A DNA stretch of 26,526 nt from Oculatellaceae cyanobacterium bins.114 (GTDB lineage Bacteria; Cyanobacteriota; Cyanobacteriia; Elainellales; Elainellaceae): NCBI GenBank assembly GCA_033764315.1, contig JANRJA010000244.1, forward strand, positions 1 through 26,526, read 5' to 3'. The notes under the pieces are model-generated. The model searched no databases. It was not told where the DNA came from and saw only the letters and a program-made list of their open reading frames with translations. The translations under genes and the position numbers were made by a program. Below are positions 9,463-17,743 of the stretch, one piece after another (position 1 is the first letter of the stretch; each line of letters opens with the position of its first letter).

Positions 9463-9639
9463 ATGTCTTCCCTTGACCGTCAGCAATCTGATCGCCTTGT
9501 TCAACACATCACCGGGATTGAACAACTGTTAACTGGAGTAGATGAAGCAGGAGCTGATGAAATTTTGGATGAGCTATATATGCTCATTACGAAATTGTTT
9601 GAGCAGTTTCCCCAGCTTGACCGGGAAGAAGAGGAATGA
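9463..9639 (+). CDS. Small acidic hypothetical protein
   Basis: ATG at 9463 (track start 9454); amphipathic helical pattern, acidic C-terminus. Confidence 0.5.
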   Translation: MSSLDRQQSDRLVQHITGIEQLLTGVDEAGADEILDELYMLITKLFEQFPQLDREEEE

Positions 9640-9668
9640 AGCAAGCCAGTACTTGACGAAGTGAATAA

Positions 9669-9742
<74 letters not shown>

Positions 9743-9847
9743 GTGCGGTAATCGATAATAACACAGGCCGGGGACGTAGCGCAAAATCCATTGTAGCAAT
9801 CAATCTGTCACAGACAACGGGTTTTACAAACAATTCGCCGTAGCAAA

Positions 9848-9879
9848 GTAGGGGCACCCATCAGGAGCGATCGCCCCTG
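9848..9879. repeat. GTAG-type REP-like hairpin containing HIP1
   Basis: GTAGGGGC...GCCCCTG; shares 15 bp in inverted orientation with 11392-11406. Confidence 0.45.
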
Positions 9880-9918
9880 AGAGTCTTTGCCGCCTTGCTA
9901 CTAGAGATAGGTGTAGTC

Positions 9919-10446
9919 TTAGTTTCTCACCAACCACTTCTGCCCGTTTAACCGCTGCACTGTATAGAGCAGTAACAGGTCAAGCGATACTTTGCGTTCA
10001 TCAATCATAAAGGACTCCAGCGTACTGGGTTTTGACCCACCTTCAGAGTAGGCAAACACTTTCTGTCCCTGAATGTCTTCTTTTAAGAAGCCAATCAAAA
10101 ATTGTCGTTGCCCCGCTTTAAAGTCACCGAGCACCTGCCAGCATTCTCCAGCTTCCTCCAGTCCTTTAACCGGGAGCGATCGCTTTTCAAAGACTAGATC
10201 CAGGTCAGTAACGCCCAGCGTTTCCATCGTTTGCCTTAATTTGGGCAGATAATCTTGGGCAATAAAGTCTGCAAAAGGTTTATCTTCTAGCGCAGGGGCT
10301 TTTTCTTTTTTAGGCTTCTCTGCCTTAGCAGCAGGTGCTCCCTCGGCAGCAGGTTTTTCACGCTTTGGGGTAGCCGCAGGTTTTTCTGCCGCCGCTTCAG
10401 CCGGAGGGGTGTCTTGTGATTCAGTGGGGGTAGGTTCTTCTGGCAT
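9919..10446 (-). CDS. ndhV: DUF2996 protein, NDH-1 accessory subunit NdhV
   Basis: P/A/K/E-rich N-terminus, then EDKPFADFI...PSTLESFMIDERKVSLDLLLLYTVQRLNGQKWLVRN. Confidence 0.88.
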   Translation of the reverse strand: MPEEPTPTESQDTPPAEAAAEKPAATPKREKPAAEGAPAAKAEKPKKEKAPALEDKPFADFIAQDYLPKLRQTMETLGVTDLDLVFEKRSLPVKGLEEAGECWQVLGDFKAGQRQFLIGFLKEDIQGQKVFAYSEGGSKPSTLESFMIDERKVSLDLLLLYTVQRLNGQKWLVRN

Positions 10447-10606
10447 TGCTCAAATGACTCTTATAAAGAGGTGGCGATCGCTCATCTGATCGAGATGAAA
10501 CTTAATCACGTAACAGTGCTTTACGTCTATAGTACAAGGTTTGTTCAAGTCAGAGATAGATCCCCACAGAATCAAACCTATAGAAATTTTAATCGTTAGG
10601 ATTCGG

Positions 10607-11176
10607 TCAATCGTGGAGTTGTGATAACCAGGCTTGAGTAGCTTGGGGCGATCGCAACCGCACAAACCTTAAATAGGCAAAGGCTGGATCCTGGCTCAAA
10701 GCTACATAAGTTCGACGATTTTTGCGAAAGGTTCGCAAGGCCCACAACAAAATGGAATCGCGGCTAAAAAATGAGAGACGCCAGTTTTCTCGATTGCCAT
10801 TCCACAAAATTTCCTGTCGCCAACTCCGTCTCAGCGTTCGCCCCAGCAGTTGCCACATCAACACTCTCAAGGGATAGTCTAGCCACACGACAGTGTCAGC
10901 CCGACTCCAAACTAAGTCTCGCACTTTGCCATAATTACCATCGACCACCCAAGCCTTACCCCTGAGCGCAGTCGCAATCCGTGCTCGAAAAACCTGATCT
11001 GAGGCTTCCGTCCAATTGGGTTCCCAGTGCAATGCATCTAACTCAACATGGGGGAGTCGTAGACGTTCGGCAATCTGTTGAGCCGCTGTGGTTTTGCCAA
11101 CCCCACTGGTACCCACCACCACAATGCGTTGAGGGCCGTTTGCTTGGGTGTCATCCATCCCAGTGACATGATCCAT
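10607..11176 (-). CDS. Adenylate kinase-like / FlaR-type P-loop protein
   Basis: GTSGVGKTT Walker A, ELDALHW, WVVDGNY, ADTVVWLD. Start placed at 11176 (or 11158); the track's extension to 11230 is a heptamer-repeat tract. Confidence 0.8.
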   Translation of the reverse strand: MDHVTGMDDTQANGPQRIVVVGTSGVGKTTAAQQIAERLRLPHVELDALHWEPNWTEASDQVFRARIATALRGKAWVVDGNYGKVRDLVWSRADTVVWLDYPLRVLMWQLLGRTLRRSWRQEILWNGNRENWRLSFFSRDSILLWALRTFRKNRRTYVALSQDPAFAYLRFVRLRSPQATQAWLSQLHD

Positions 11177-11180
11177 ACAA

Positions 11181-11226
11181 AAAGTAGGAGGCAGAAGGTA
11201 GGGGGCAGGGAGCAAAAAGGGGCAAG
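11181..11226. repeat. Degenerate 7-bp tandem repeats (STRR-like)
   Basis: AGTAGGA GGCAGAA GGTAGGG GGCAGGG AGCAAAA periodicity. Confidence 0.5.
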
Positions 11227-11447
11227 CCACTCATGACGATTGATCAACGACCATCGGCACTCGCAAGCATTCGCAGATGACGATTAACGATCAATCAAAT
11301 TAGTTTTCACGCCACACAATCCGTAGTCGTTATGAGTATGATTTAAGAAGAGGGATATATCTCTCTATATCTCTTCTCTTGGTTCACATGTAGGGGCGAT
11401 CGCTCCACTCGCCCAGCCTTAAAACCCTACACAGGAAAGAAACGACC

Positions 11448-11843
11448 ATGAACTTTAGGCGATTTGAACATCTTAATCTGTCGTGTCGCAATCTCGATAC
11501 CACGCAACAGTTCTATCAAACCCTGTTTCCAGATTGGGTTGTGCGTGCCCAAGGAGAATGGCAAGGAGAACGGTGGCTTCATCTGGGAAGTCCTCAGTTT
11601 TATCTAGCTTTAAATGACGCCTCCAACAGTCAACGAACTCAACACCCTTACGAAGGCATTGGAATTAATCACGTTGGCTTCGTCATTGAGGATGGTGAAA
11701 AAATGTTGACCTTGTTGAATGCTAATGGCATTGAGCACTACACCCTGAACTCACCTGAAACCAAATTTCGGATTTATGTTAACGACCCAGATGGCAATGA
11801 GATTGAATTAGTGGAATATCAAGAGACTTATGCTCTGAGATAA
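11448..11843 (+). CDS. VOC/glyoxalase family protein
   Basis: FEHLNL...FYQTLF...GINHVGF...YVNDPDGNEIELV. Confidence 0.9.
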   Translation: MNFRRFEHLNLSCRNLDTTQQFYQTLFPDWVVRAQGEWQGERWLHLGSPQFYLALNDASNSQRTQHPYEGIGINHVGFVIEDGEKMLTLLNANGIEHYTLNSPETKFRIYVNDPDGNEIELVEYQETYALR

Positions 11844-11882
11844 GACACGTTGAGAGCAGAATTTTTAGGAGCGATCGCCAAA

Positions 11883-11912
11883 AAAGTCGAAGCTCTAGTG
11901 AACTCCGACTTT
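11883..11912. terminator. Hairpin between convergent VOC and sulfur-carrier genes
   Basis: AAAGTCGAAG...CTCCGACTTT with an A run on the left, giving a U tract on the minus strand. Confidence 0.55.
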
Positions 11913-11939
11913 ATCTCCAAACGTTAGTGCTAGAAACAG

Positions 11940-12215
11940 TTAGCCCCCAGCTACAGCGGGCACAATGCTAACTTCATCTCCAGCATTAAGGGGGGTATTA
12001 GCTCCCTCTAAAAAGCGAATGTCTTCACTATTGACATAGAAGTTGACAAAGCGACGCAGTTGACCCTGTTCATCACACAGACGGGCTTTGATGCCAGGAA
12101 AACTCTGCTCTAGCGAATCGAGCAACTCAATGATCGTTCCACCATCACACTCAATGGTGGATTGATCGCGGGTAAATTTTTGCAGCGGAGTCGGGATCAG
12201 AACTTTAACGGCCAT
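11940..12215 (-). CDS. MoaD/ThiS-family ubiquitin-like sulfur carrier (CysO/MetO-like)
   Basis: IPTPL...[16 protein letters not shown]...IVPAVAGG with free C-terminal GG. Confidence 0.92.
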   Translation of the reverse strand: MAVKVLIPTPLQKFTRDQSTIECDGGTIIELLDSLEQSFPGIKARLCDEQGQLRRFVNFYVNSEDIRFLEGANTPLNAGDEVSIVPAVAGG

Positions 12216-12312
12216 AACTGAAAGGATGCAAGCGAAAGGATGAACGATAAAAATACAACCAAGGTAGAGACAAAGGACACAGACTAGAGCTTTATCCTTT
12301 TATCTCTCATCC

Positions 12313-13623
12313 TTAAACTAAGACTTGTTGCCACTCAAGACGCTCAAGAGTTCTAGATCTCTCAAGGGCACGCTCAAAGCTATCCAGTTTAGGTTCGATG
12401 GTGAGGGGTTCACCGATGTAACCCTGAATCGCTTCTTGAGTCTTCAAACCGTTGCCTGTGATATAAGCAACCGTAGTTTCATCAGGATCGATCTTGCCTG
12501 CCTCAGCCAATTTCTTGAGGACAGCGATCGTTGTACCACCCGCAGTTTCAGTAAAGATACCTTCAGTTTCAGCGAGTAATTTCATTCCCTCAATGATTTC
12601 AGCATCGGTGACAGATTCAATGTTGCCATTCGTTTTACGGGCAATATCCACAGCATAAATGCCATCTGCTGGATTTCCAATCGCGATCGACTTAGCGATC
12701 GTGCTGGGCTTGACTGGAGTGATGAAATCGCGCCCTTCTCGATAGGCTTGAGCGATCGGAGAACAGCCCTCCGCTTGAGCACCGCTAAACCGAACGGTCT
12801 TTTCATCCACTAAACCGACTTTGACAAACTCTTGGAAGCCCTTGTAGATCTTAGTAAACAATGAGCCAGAGGCCAGGGGGGCGACGATGTGATCAGGCAG
12901 TTGCCAACCAAGTTGCTCTGCCACTTCATAGCCCAACGTCTTAGACCCTTCTGAGTAATAGGGACGCAGGTTGATATTGACGAACCCCCACCCGTGGGTG
13001 TTAGCGACTTCAGAGCAGAGGCGATTGACCTGGTCATAGTTGCCTTGAACTGCCATCACCGTAGGACCGTAAATCAGCGTTCCTAAAATTTTTCCTGCTT
13101 CTAAATCGGCAGGGATGAAGACACAACAATCTAACCCTGCATGAGCCGCGATCGCCGCTGTCGAGTTTGCCAAGTTGCCAGTGCTGGCGCAAGAAACGGT
13201 AGTAAAACCTAACTCACGTGCACGAGTCAGAGCCACTGACACCACCCGATCTTTGAAGCTCAGGGTGGGCATGTTCACCGCATCATTCTTGATGTAGAGC
13301 TTTTTCAAACCAAGCCGACGAGCTAACCGATTAGCTTGCACCAGGGGCGTCATGCCAGTCCCCACATCAATGGGGTTATCGCTCAATACAGGCAGAAATG
13401 GACGGTAACGCCAAATTGAATTAGGCCCCGCTTGAATACTTTTGCGAGTGACCTGACGAGTTAAAGCGGCATAGTCGTAAGCAACTTCGAGGGGACCAAA
13501 GCAAAGCTCGCACACATGCACGGCTTTAAGTTCATACTCTGCGCCACACTCTTTGCATTTGAGTGCTCTAAAGGTTGCAGCCGTTGATTGACTTGTGGTT
13601 GAAAGGTCTAGAGCTTGGGTCAT
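12313..13623 (-). CDS. Threonine synthase-like fold-type II PLP enzyme (usually annotated thrC; possible MetM-type sulfhydrylase)
   Basis: PTLSFKDR PLP-lysine motif, ASTGN, N-terminal CKEC...CELC zinc ribbon, ITGNGLK. Confidence 0.9.
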   Translation of the reverse strand: MTQALDLSTTSQSTAATFRALKCKECGAEYELKAVHVCELCFGPLEVAYDYAALTRQVTRKSIQAGPNSIWRYRPFLPVLSDNPIDVGTGMTPLVQANRLARRLGLKKLYIKNDAVNMPTLSFKDRVVSVALTRARELGFTTVSCASTGNLANSTAAIAAHAGLDCCVFIPADLEAGKILGTLIYGPTVMAVQGNYDQVNRLCSEVANTHGWGFVNINLRPYYSEGSKTLGYEVAEQLGWQLPDHIVAPLASGSLFTKIYKGFQEFVKVGLVDEKTVRFSGAQAEGCSPIAQAYREGRDFITPVKPSTIAKSIAIGNPADGIYAVDIARKTNGNIESVTDAEIIEGMKLLAETEGIFTETAGGTTIAVLKKLAEAGKIDPDETTVAYITGNGLKTQEAIQGYIGEPLTIEPKLDSFERALERSRTLERLEWQQVLV

Positions 13624-13723
13624 GGGTCGGTTCTACTCAATAGCACTTGATGGACGAGTGAGAAAGCTTTGAATTGAAGGGTCTATGCGAAATTTAGAAA
13701 CTTTTTTTACTTTGTTGGGGCTA

Positions 13724-13780
13724 ATCGTAACATGGCTCACAAAACCCCGTCAAACATACCCGACAAAATTTATCGGGTAT
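13724..13780 (-). promoter_or_regulatory. Sigma70-type promoter of the thrC-like operon with adjacent Rrf2/IscR-like palindrome
   Basis: Minus-strand TTGACG (13753-13748), 18-bp spacer, TGnTACGAT (-10 at 13729-13724); ATACCCGA-N9-TCGGGTAT at 13756-13780. Confidence 0.65.
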
Positions 13781-13844
13781 AGATATCACGATTTGGTTAA
13801 GGGGTTGAACCCGGATTTATCAAGGTTTTTGAACTCAAAATAAA

Positions 13845-13872
13845 AACGTTGAGCGATCGCTCGCTCAACGTT
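13845..13872. repeat. Perfect 12-bp-stem hairpin overlapping a HIP1 site
   Basis: AACGTTGAGCGA-TCGC-TCGCTCAACGTT. Confidence 0.7.
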
Positions 13873-14171
13873 AAAAGAATTAAGAATTGTAAAGAATATA
13901 ACAAGTTAACTTGACTTGTCTTGGGCATTGTCAAACCCACTAATATTAGACAAGAAGATCATTCTTCTTTGCCAGGTAGGTTGACTAGCATAAGGTCTCA
14001 TCCGATTTTTGCTACGCTGATCTGATTACAGACCCTCTGTTGCAGGTCTGAAGACTGTAATGAAATTAAGAAGTCTTATGAAAATGAGTTGAAGTCGCCT
14101 AAAACCAGTCGAAGAAAAGGGGTATTTCTGATATATCTTATAAAAAGTTAATATTTACCATTAATTCTCTA

Positions 14172-15161
14172 ATGAATTTATTAGTTGTAGGTGCCACCGG
14201 AACTTTAGGAAGGCAAGTTGTGCGTCGGGCTTTAGATGAAGGCTATGAAGTGCGCTGTCTAGTGCGTAGCTTTAGAAGAGCCGCTTTTCTAAAGGAATGG
14301 GGTGCTGAACTAGTGCAGGGTGACCTGTGCAAACCTGACACCCTCCCTGCTGCATTGGCAGGCATAACGGCTGTGATTGATGCGGCTACTGCTAGAGCTA
14401 CTGACTCTCTAAATATTAAAGCTGTCGATTGGGATGGTCAGGTTGCTCTCATTCAAGCTGCAAAAGCGGCTGGGGTAGAGCGGTTTGTCTTCTTCTCCAT
14501 TTTGGATGCAGATAAATATCCCGATGTGCCTCTGATGGAAATCAAGCATTGTGTTGAAGACTTTTTGGCAGAATCGGGGTTGAATTACACCATTTTGCAA
14601 ACATCAGGTTTTCTACAGGGCTTGATTGGCCAATACGCTATTCCTATTTTAGAAAAGCAAGCTGTTTGGGTCATGGGAAATACCTCAGCGATCGCCTATA
14701 TGGACACTCAAGATCTGGCGAAGTTTGCCGTCAGGTCACTTAAAGTGTCAGAAACAGTAAACCGCACCTTTCCGGTGGTCGGCACCCGCGCGTGGGAAGC
14801 GTATGAAATCATTCGTCTTTGTGAACGGCTTTCAGGACAGGAAGCGAAAGTGACTCGAATGCCGTTGGGGTTATTACGGGGCGTTCGGAGGATTGCTCGC
14901 TTTTTTCAATGGACCTGGAATATTGCCGATCGTCTCGCTTTCACTGAAGTCATTGCGGCTGGCAAACCCCTGAATGCGCCGATGGACGAAACTTATGCAG
15001 TCTTTGGTATTGACCCTAGTGAGACCACTACGTTAGAGGGCTACCTACAAGATTACTTTGGTCGCATTATGAAGAAGCTAAAGGAAATTGAGTACGAAAA
15101 AGAAAAAGCCAAAGAGCGAGAGCAAGCGCGACGACTCAAGCGGACTCCCTTTAAAAAATAG
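14172..15161 (+). CDS. ycf39: Ycf39 atypical SDR/NmrA-like protein (PSII assembly, HCF244 homolog)
   Basis: GATGTLGRQ, AAFLKEWGAELV, VDWDGQVALIQAA, VPLMEIK, FFQWTWNIADRLAF. Confidence 0.88.
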   Translation: MNLLVVGATGTLGRQVVRRALDEGYEVRCLVRSFRRAAFLKEWGAELVQGDLCKPDTLPAALAGITAVIDAATARATDSLNIKAVDWDGQVALIQAAKAAGVERFVFFSILDADKYPDVPLMEIKHCVEDFLAESGLNYTILQTSGFLQGLIGQYAIPILEKQAVWVMGNTSAIAYMDTQDLAKFAVRSLKVSETVNRTFPVVGTRAWEAYEIIRLCERLSGQEAKVTRMPLGLLRGVRRIARFFQWTWNIADRLAFTEVIAAGKPLNAPMDETYAVFGIDPSETTTLEGYLQDYFGRIMKKLKEIEYEKEKAKEREQARRLKRTPFKK

Positions 15162-15246
15162 AGGTAAACCATAAAAGTTCGAAGGTTTGTGAGGCATTGC
15201 CTGTTCACCCCTTCGGCGGCCACTTAGGGGTTGTGTGTCTTCTATT

Positions 15247-15288
15247 GTCTAATTACTACCGTCTAATCACTACCGTCTAATCACCACT
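15247..15288. repeat. 14-bp tandem repeat x3
   Basis: GTCTAATTACTACC GTCTAATCACTACC GTCTAATCACCACT. Confidence 0.8.
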
Positions 15289-15293
15289 CACTG

Positions 15294-15995
15294 ATGGCAT
15301 TTCTAGAGTTAGTGCTAATTCGCCATGCCCAATCGGTCTGGAACCAACAGGGGCGAATGCAGGGCTGGGGTGAGGATGTGCTCACTGAGGTTGGGCAGGC
15401 ACAAGCGCAGCAGTTAGCAAACCGATTGCGGGCAGATTTTCCAGTTCCTACCCAGGTCTACAGCAGTCCATTGCGGCGATCGCACCAAACCACTGAGATT
15501 TTGCTGCGCCCATTTAACGCGATCTCAGTCAAGTATGTCGATGACTTGAAAGAGTTTCAAAACGGGATTTTTGAGGGATTAACCTGGGCAGAAGCAACGG
15601 CTCTATATCCTCAATTGTGCGCTGCTTTAGAGACATCATTAGATTGGTTGCCCATTCCCCAAGCAGAATCATTACAAGACGGACGCGATCGCGCTCAGCG
15701 GTTCATGCAACAATTACTGACTCGTCATCAAAACGGCGATCGTATTTGGATCGTCACCCACAGTTGGCTGTTGCAACAATTAGTTGCAGCGATATTGGGG
15801 TGCGATCGCGCTTGGGGCATTTCCGTTCATAACACGGCTTTATTTGAGTTTTGGTTAGACCAATCTCGCTGGCACCAAACTAACCAAAACCATTCCCAAA
15901 ATCAGTGGAACACAACCCTTTGGCAGATTCGTCACTTTAACGATTGCCAACATTTGAACGGATCAAAGATCTCTAAAGGATTAGATCAATGTTAA
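15294..15995 (+). CDS. Histidine phosphatase (phosphoglycerate mutase-like) family protein
   Basis: LIRHAQS (RHG variant), YSSPLRRSHQT, LKE, IVTHS. Confidence 0.88.
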   Translation: MAFLELVLIRHAQSVWNQQGRMQGWGEDVLTEVGQAQAQQLANRLRADFPVPTQVYSSPLRRSHQTTEILLRPFNAISVKYVDDLKEFQNGIFEGLTWAEATALYPQLCAALETSLDWLPIPQAESLQDGRDRAQRFMQQLLTRHQNGDRIWIVTHSWLLQQLVAAILGCDRAWGISVHNTALFEFWLDQSRWHQTNQNHSQNQWNTTLWQIRHFNDCQHLNGSKISKGLDQC

Positions 15996-16194
15996 TTTTT
16001 GATCTTCTCTTTTTTTAACCTTCATCTTTGTATCTTTTAGAGTTGCCTATTTCATCTATTCACTATTGTCATTTATCTATAAAATGCTTGAAAGTAGATA
16101 ATATACTGCAATCTTGACCTTGAGTTATTGTTAGAGGCAGAGACGACAACTTTAAATTCTTAACCACAACATTGCTCAGGATTTTCTACCGCCT

Positions 16195-17115
16195 ATGGTT
16201 GGCTCGACTATGGTTGACCCGATTGACGATATCGCCAGACAAGCCCGGCAGGGAAGTGTTTCAGCGATTATTCAAGTCTTGAATGAGAAACTGGTTGACT
16301 CTGGAGTTAGAACCAGAGCTATTTTGGCTGACGGTGTGTTGCAACTCTTGTGCGAAGCCGCTACCCCAGAACAGCTCGAACAATCGCCCCTAGTTGATCG
16401 GATTCGGCAGATTCTAGAATCAATTCAACCCCGGAACATTCGTCGAATCAACATTAATAGTCGCATTGTGCGCGAACAGCAATTGTTGTGGTTAGAAGAA
16501 GTTAGCCGTGACCCTCAACACCAGTTGCTGTGGGCACAAGAAATTACTTTGGCTCGCATGAACCCCCTCAAACGTCTGTTTGAGGACTGGTTTGCTGATA
16601 AGCCTGAATATGCAAAAACGATGCCTAAATCTAACCGAGATGAGAAGGCACAACAACATTTTTGGCGGGGGTTGGTCGGTGGAATTAGTTTTAGCATGTT
16701 GCTGCTATTAATTGGCTGGGTCGTTGCAGATTGGATGGGCTTAAAGTTAGGCTCACAGATGCAAGCTGTCACAACTCCCACAAATCAGCCAAGCTCCGCT
16801 CCGATCGCCCCCTCTCAGCCCGATCCCTTTGTGCAAGCGGTTCGCATTGCAGAACAGGCTGTTGTAGATGGGCAAGCTGCTCAAACTCCCGCTGATTGGT
16901 TAGATTTAGCGGCTCGTTGGCAACGAGCTTCCGATCTGATGGCCCAAATTCCTGCGGGTGACACTCGCTATAAAACAGCTCAAGATCGCACCCAGGTTTA
17001 TCGAAAAAACAGTGAAGTTGCCATGATCAAAGCAGAGCGACAACGCCAACCTGCTCTCGGAAACACACCTTCTCCCAATCCTCCACCCTCTCCGAATACC
17101 TCTCCTAATAATTGA
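16195..17115 (+). CDS. Hypothetical bitopic membrane protein
   Basis: 306-aa ORF, one TM segment ([20 protein letters not shown]), helical C-domain, Pro-rich tail; start may be 16210. Confidence 0.8.
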   Translation: MVGSTMVDPIDDIARQARQGSVSAIIQVLNEKLVDSGVRTRAILADGVLQLLCEAATPEQLEQSPLVDRIRQILESIQPRNIRRININSRIVREQQLLWLEEVSRDPQHQLLWAQEITLARMNPLKRLFEDWFADKPEYAKTMPKSNRDEKAQQHFWRGLVGGISFSMLLLLIGWVVADWMGLKLGSQMQAVTTPTNQPSSAPIAPSQPDPFVQAVRIAEQAVVDGQAAQTPADWLDLAARWQRASDLMAQIPAGDTRYKTAQDRTQVYRKNSEVAMIKAERQRQPALGNTPSPNPPPSPNTSPNN

Positions 17116-17129
17116 GGAACAAGACTGAT

Positions 17130-17618
17130 ATGAATCTCCGAATTGGCAATGGGTACGATATTCACCGTTTGGTGAGCGATCGCCCCCTGATTTTAGGTGG
17201 CGTCAACATTCCTCACGAGTTAGGTCTGTTAGGACATAGCGACGCAGATGTGCTGACTCACGCTATTATGGACGCCATGTTGGGGGCACTCAGCCTGGGA
17301 GATATTGGGCATTACTTTCCACCGAGTGACCCGCAATGGAAAGGAGCCGATAGCCTGGTCTTGTTAGCACAGGTGAATCAACTCGTAGGCTCTAAAGGAT
17401 GGCAAATCAGCAATCTCGACTCTGTCATTGTGGCAGAACGACCGAAACTAAAGCCTCACATTCAAGCCATGCGCGATCGCCTTGCCACCATTTTGCAACT
17501 GACCCCTGACCAGATTGGCATTAAAGCCACCACTAACGAGCAACTGGGTCCTGTTGGACGAGAAGAAGGCATTGCTGCTTATGCGATCGCCCTTTTAACC
17601 AGAAGGAACGAGGAGTGA
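17130..17618 (+). CDS. ispF: 2-C-methyl-D-erythritol 2,4-cyclodiphosphate synthase
   Basis: [33 protein letters not shown]; start ATG 17130. Confidence 0.96.
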   Translation: MNLRIGNGYDIHRLVSDRPLILGGVNIPHELGLLGHSDADVLTHAIMDAMLGALSLGDIGHYFPPSDPQWKGADSLVLLAQVNQLVGSKGWQISNLDSVIVAERPKLKPHIQAMRDRLATILQLTPDQIGIKATTNEQLGPVGREEGIAAYAIALLTRRNEE

Positions 17619-17743
17619 GGAAATAGGCAGAGATGACTCCAACCCTCGTGACCCAGCGTGGGTCGGCTTCTCATGTCCTTTCAGACGTTTTTTCTTGAGT
17701 CCGATATAGTAGAGGTTGGATGTAAACAACCTTTAAGCTCACT

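Noticed and set aside
8937..9668. Integrative element at tRNA-Val
   Set aside because: No integrase and no duplicated tRNA 3' end found in the window.
11177..11230. N-terminal extension MACPFLLPAPYLLPPTFC of the kinase
   Set aside because: It is the translation of a heptamer-repeat tract.
13624..13723. SAM riboswitch or leader-peptide attenuator before the thrC-like gene
   Set aside because: The predicted leader is only about 95 nt, with no SAM-I-like core, Thr/Met-rich leader ORF or terminator visible.
14060..14092. Met-rich 10-codon ORF MKLRSLMKMS
   Set aside because: On the wrong strand for the sulfur operon, no RBS; likely chance.
15162..15293. petM, often found next to ycf39
   Set aside because: No suitable small hydrophobic ORF is present here.
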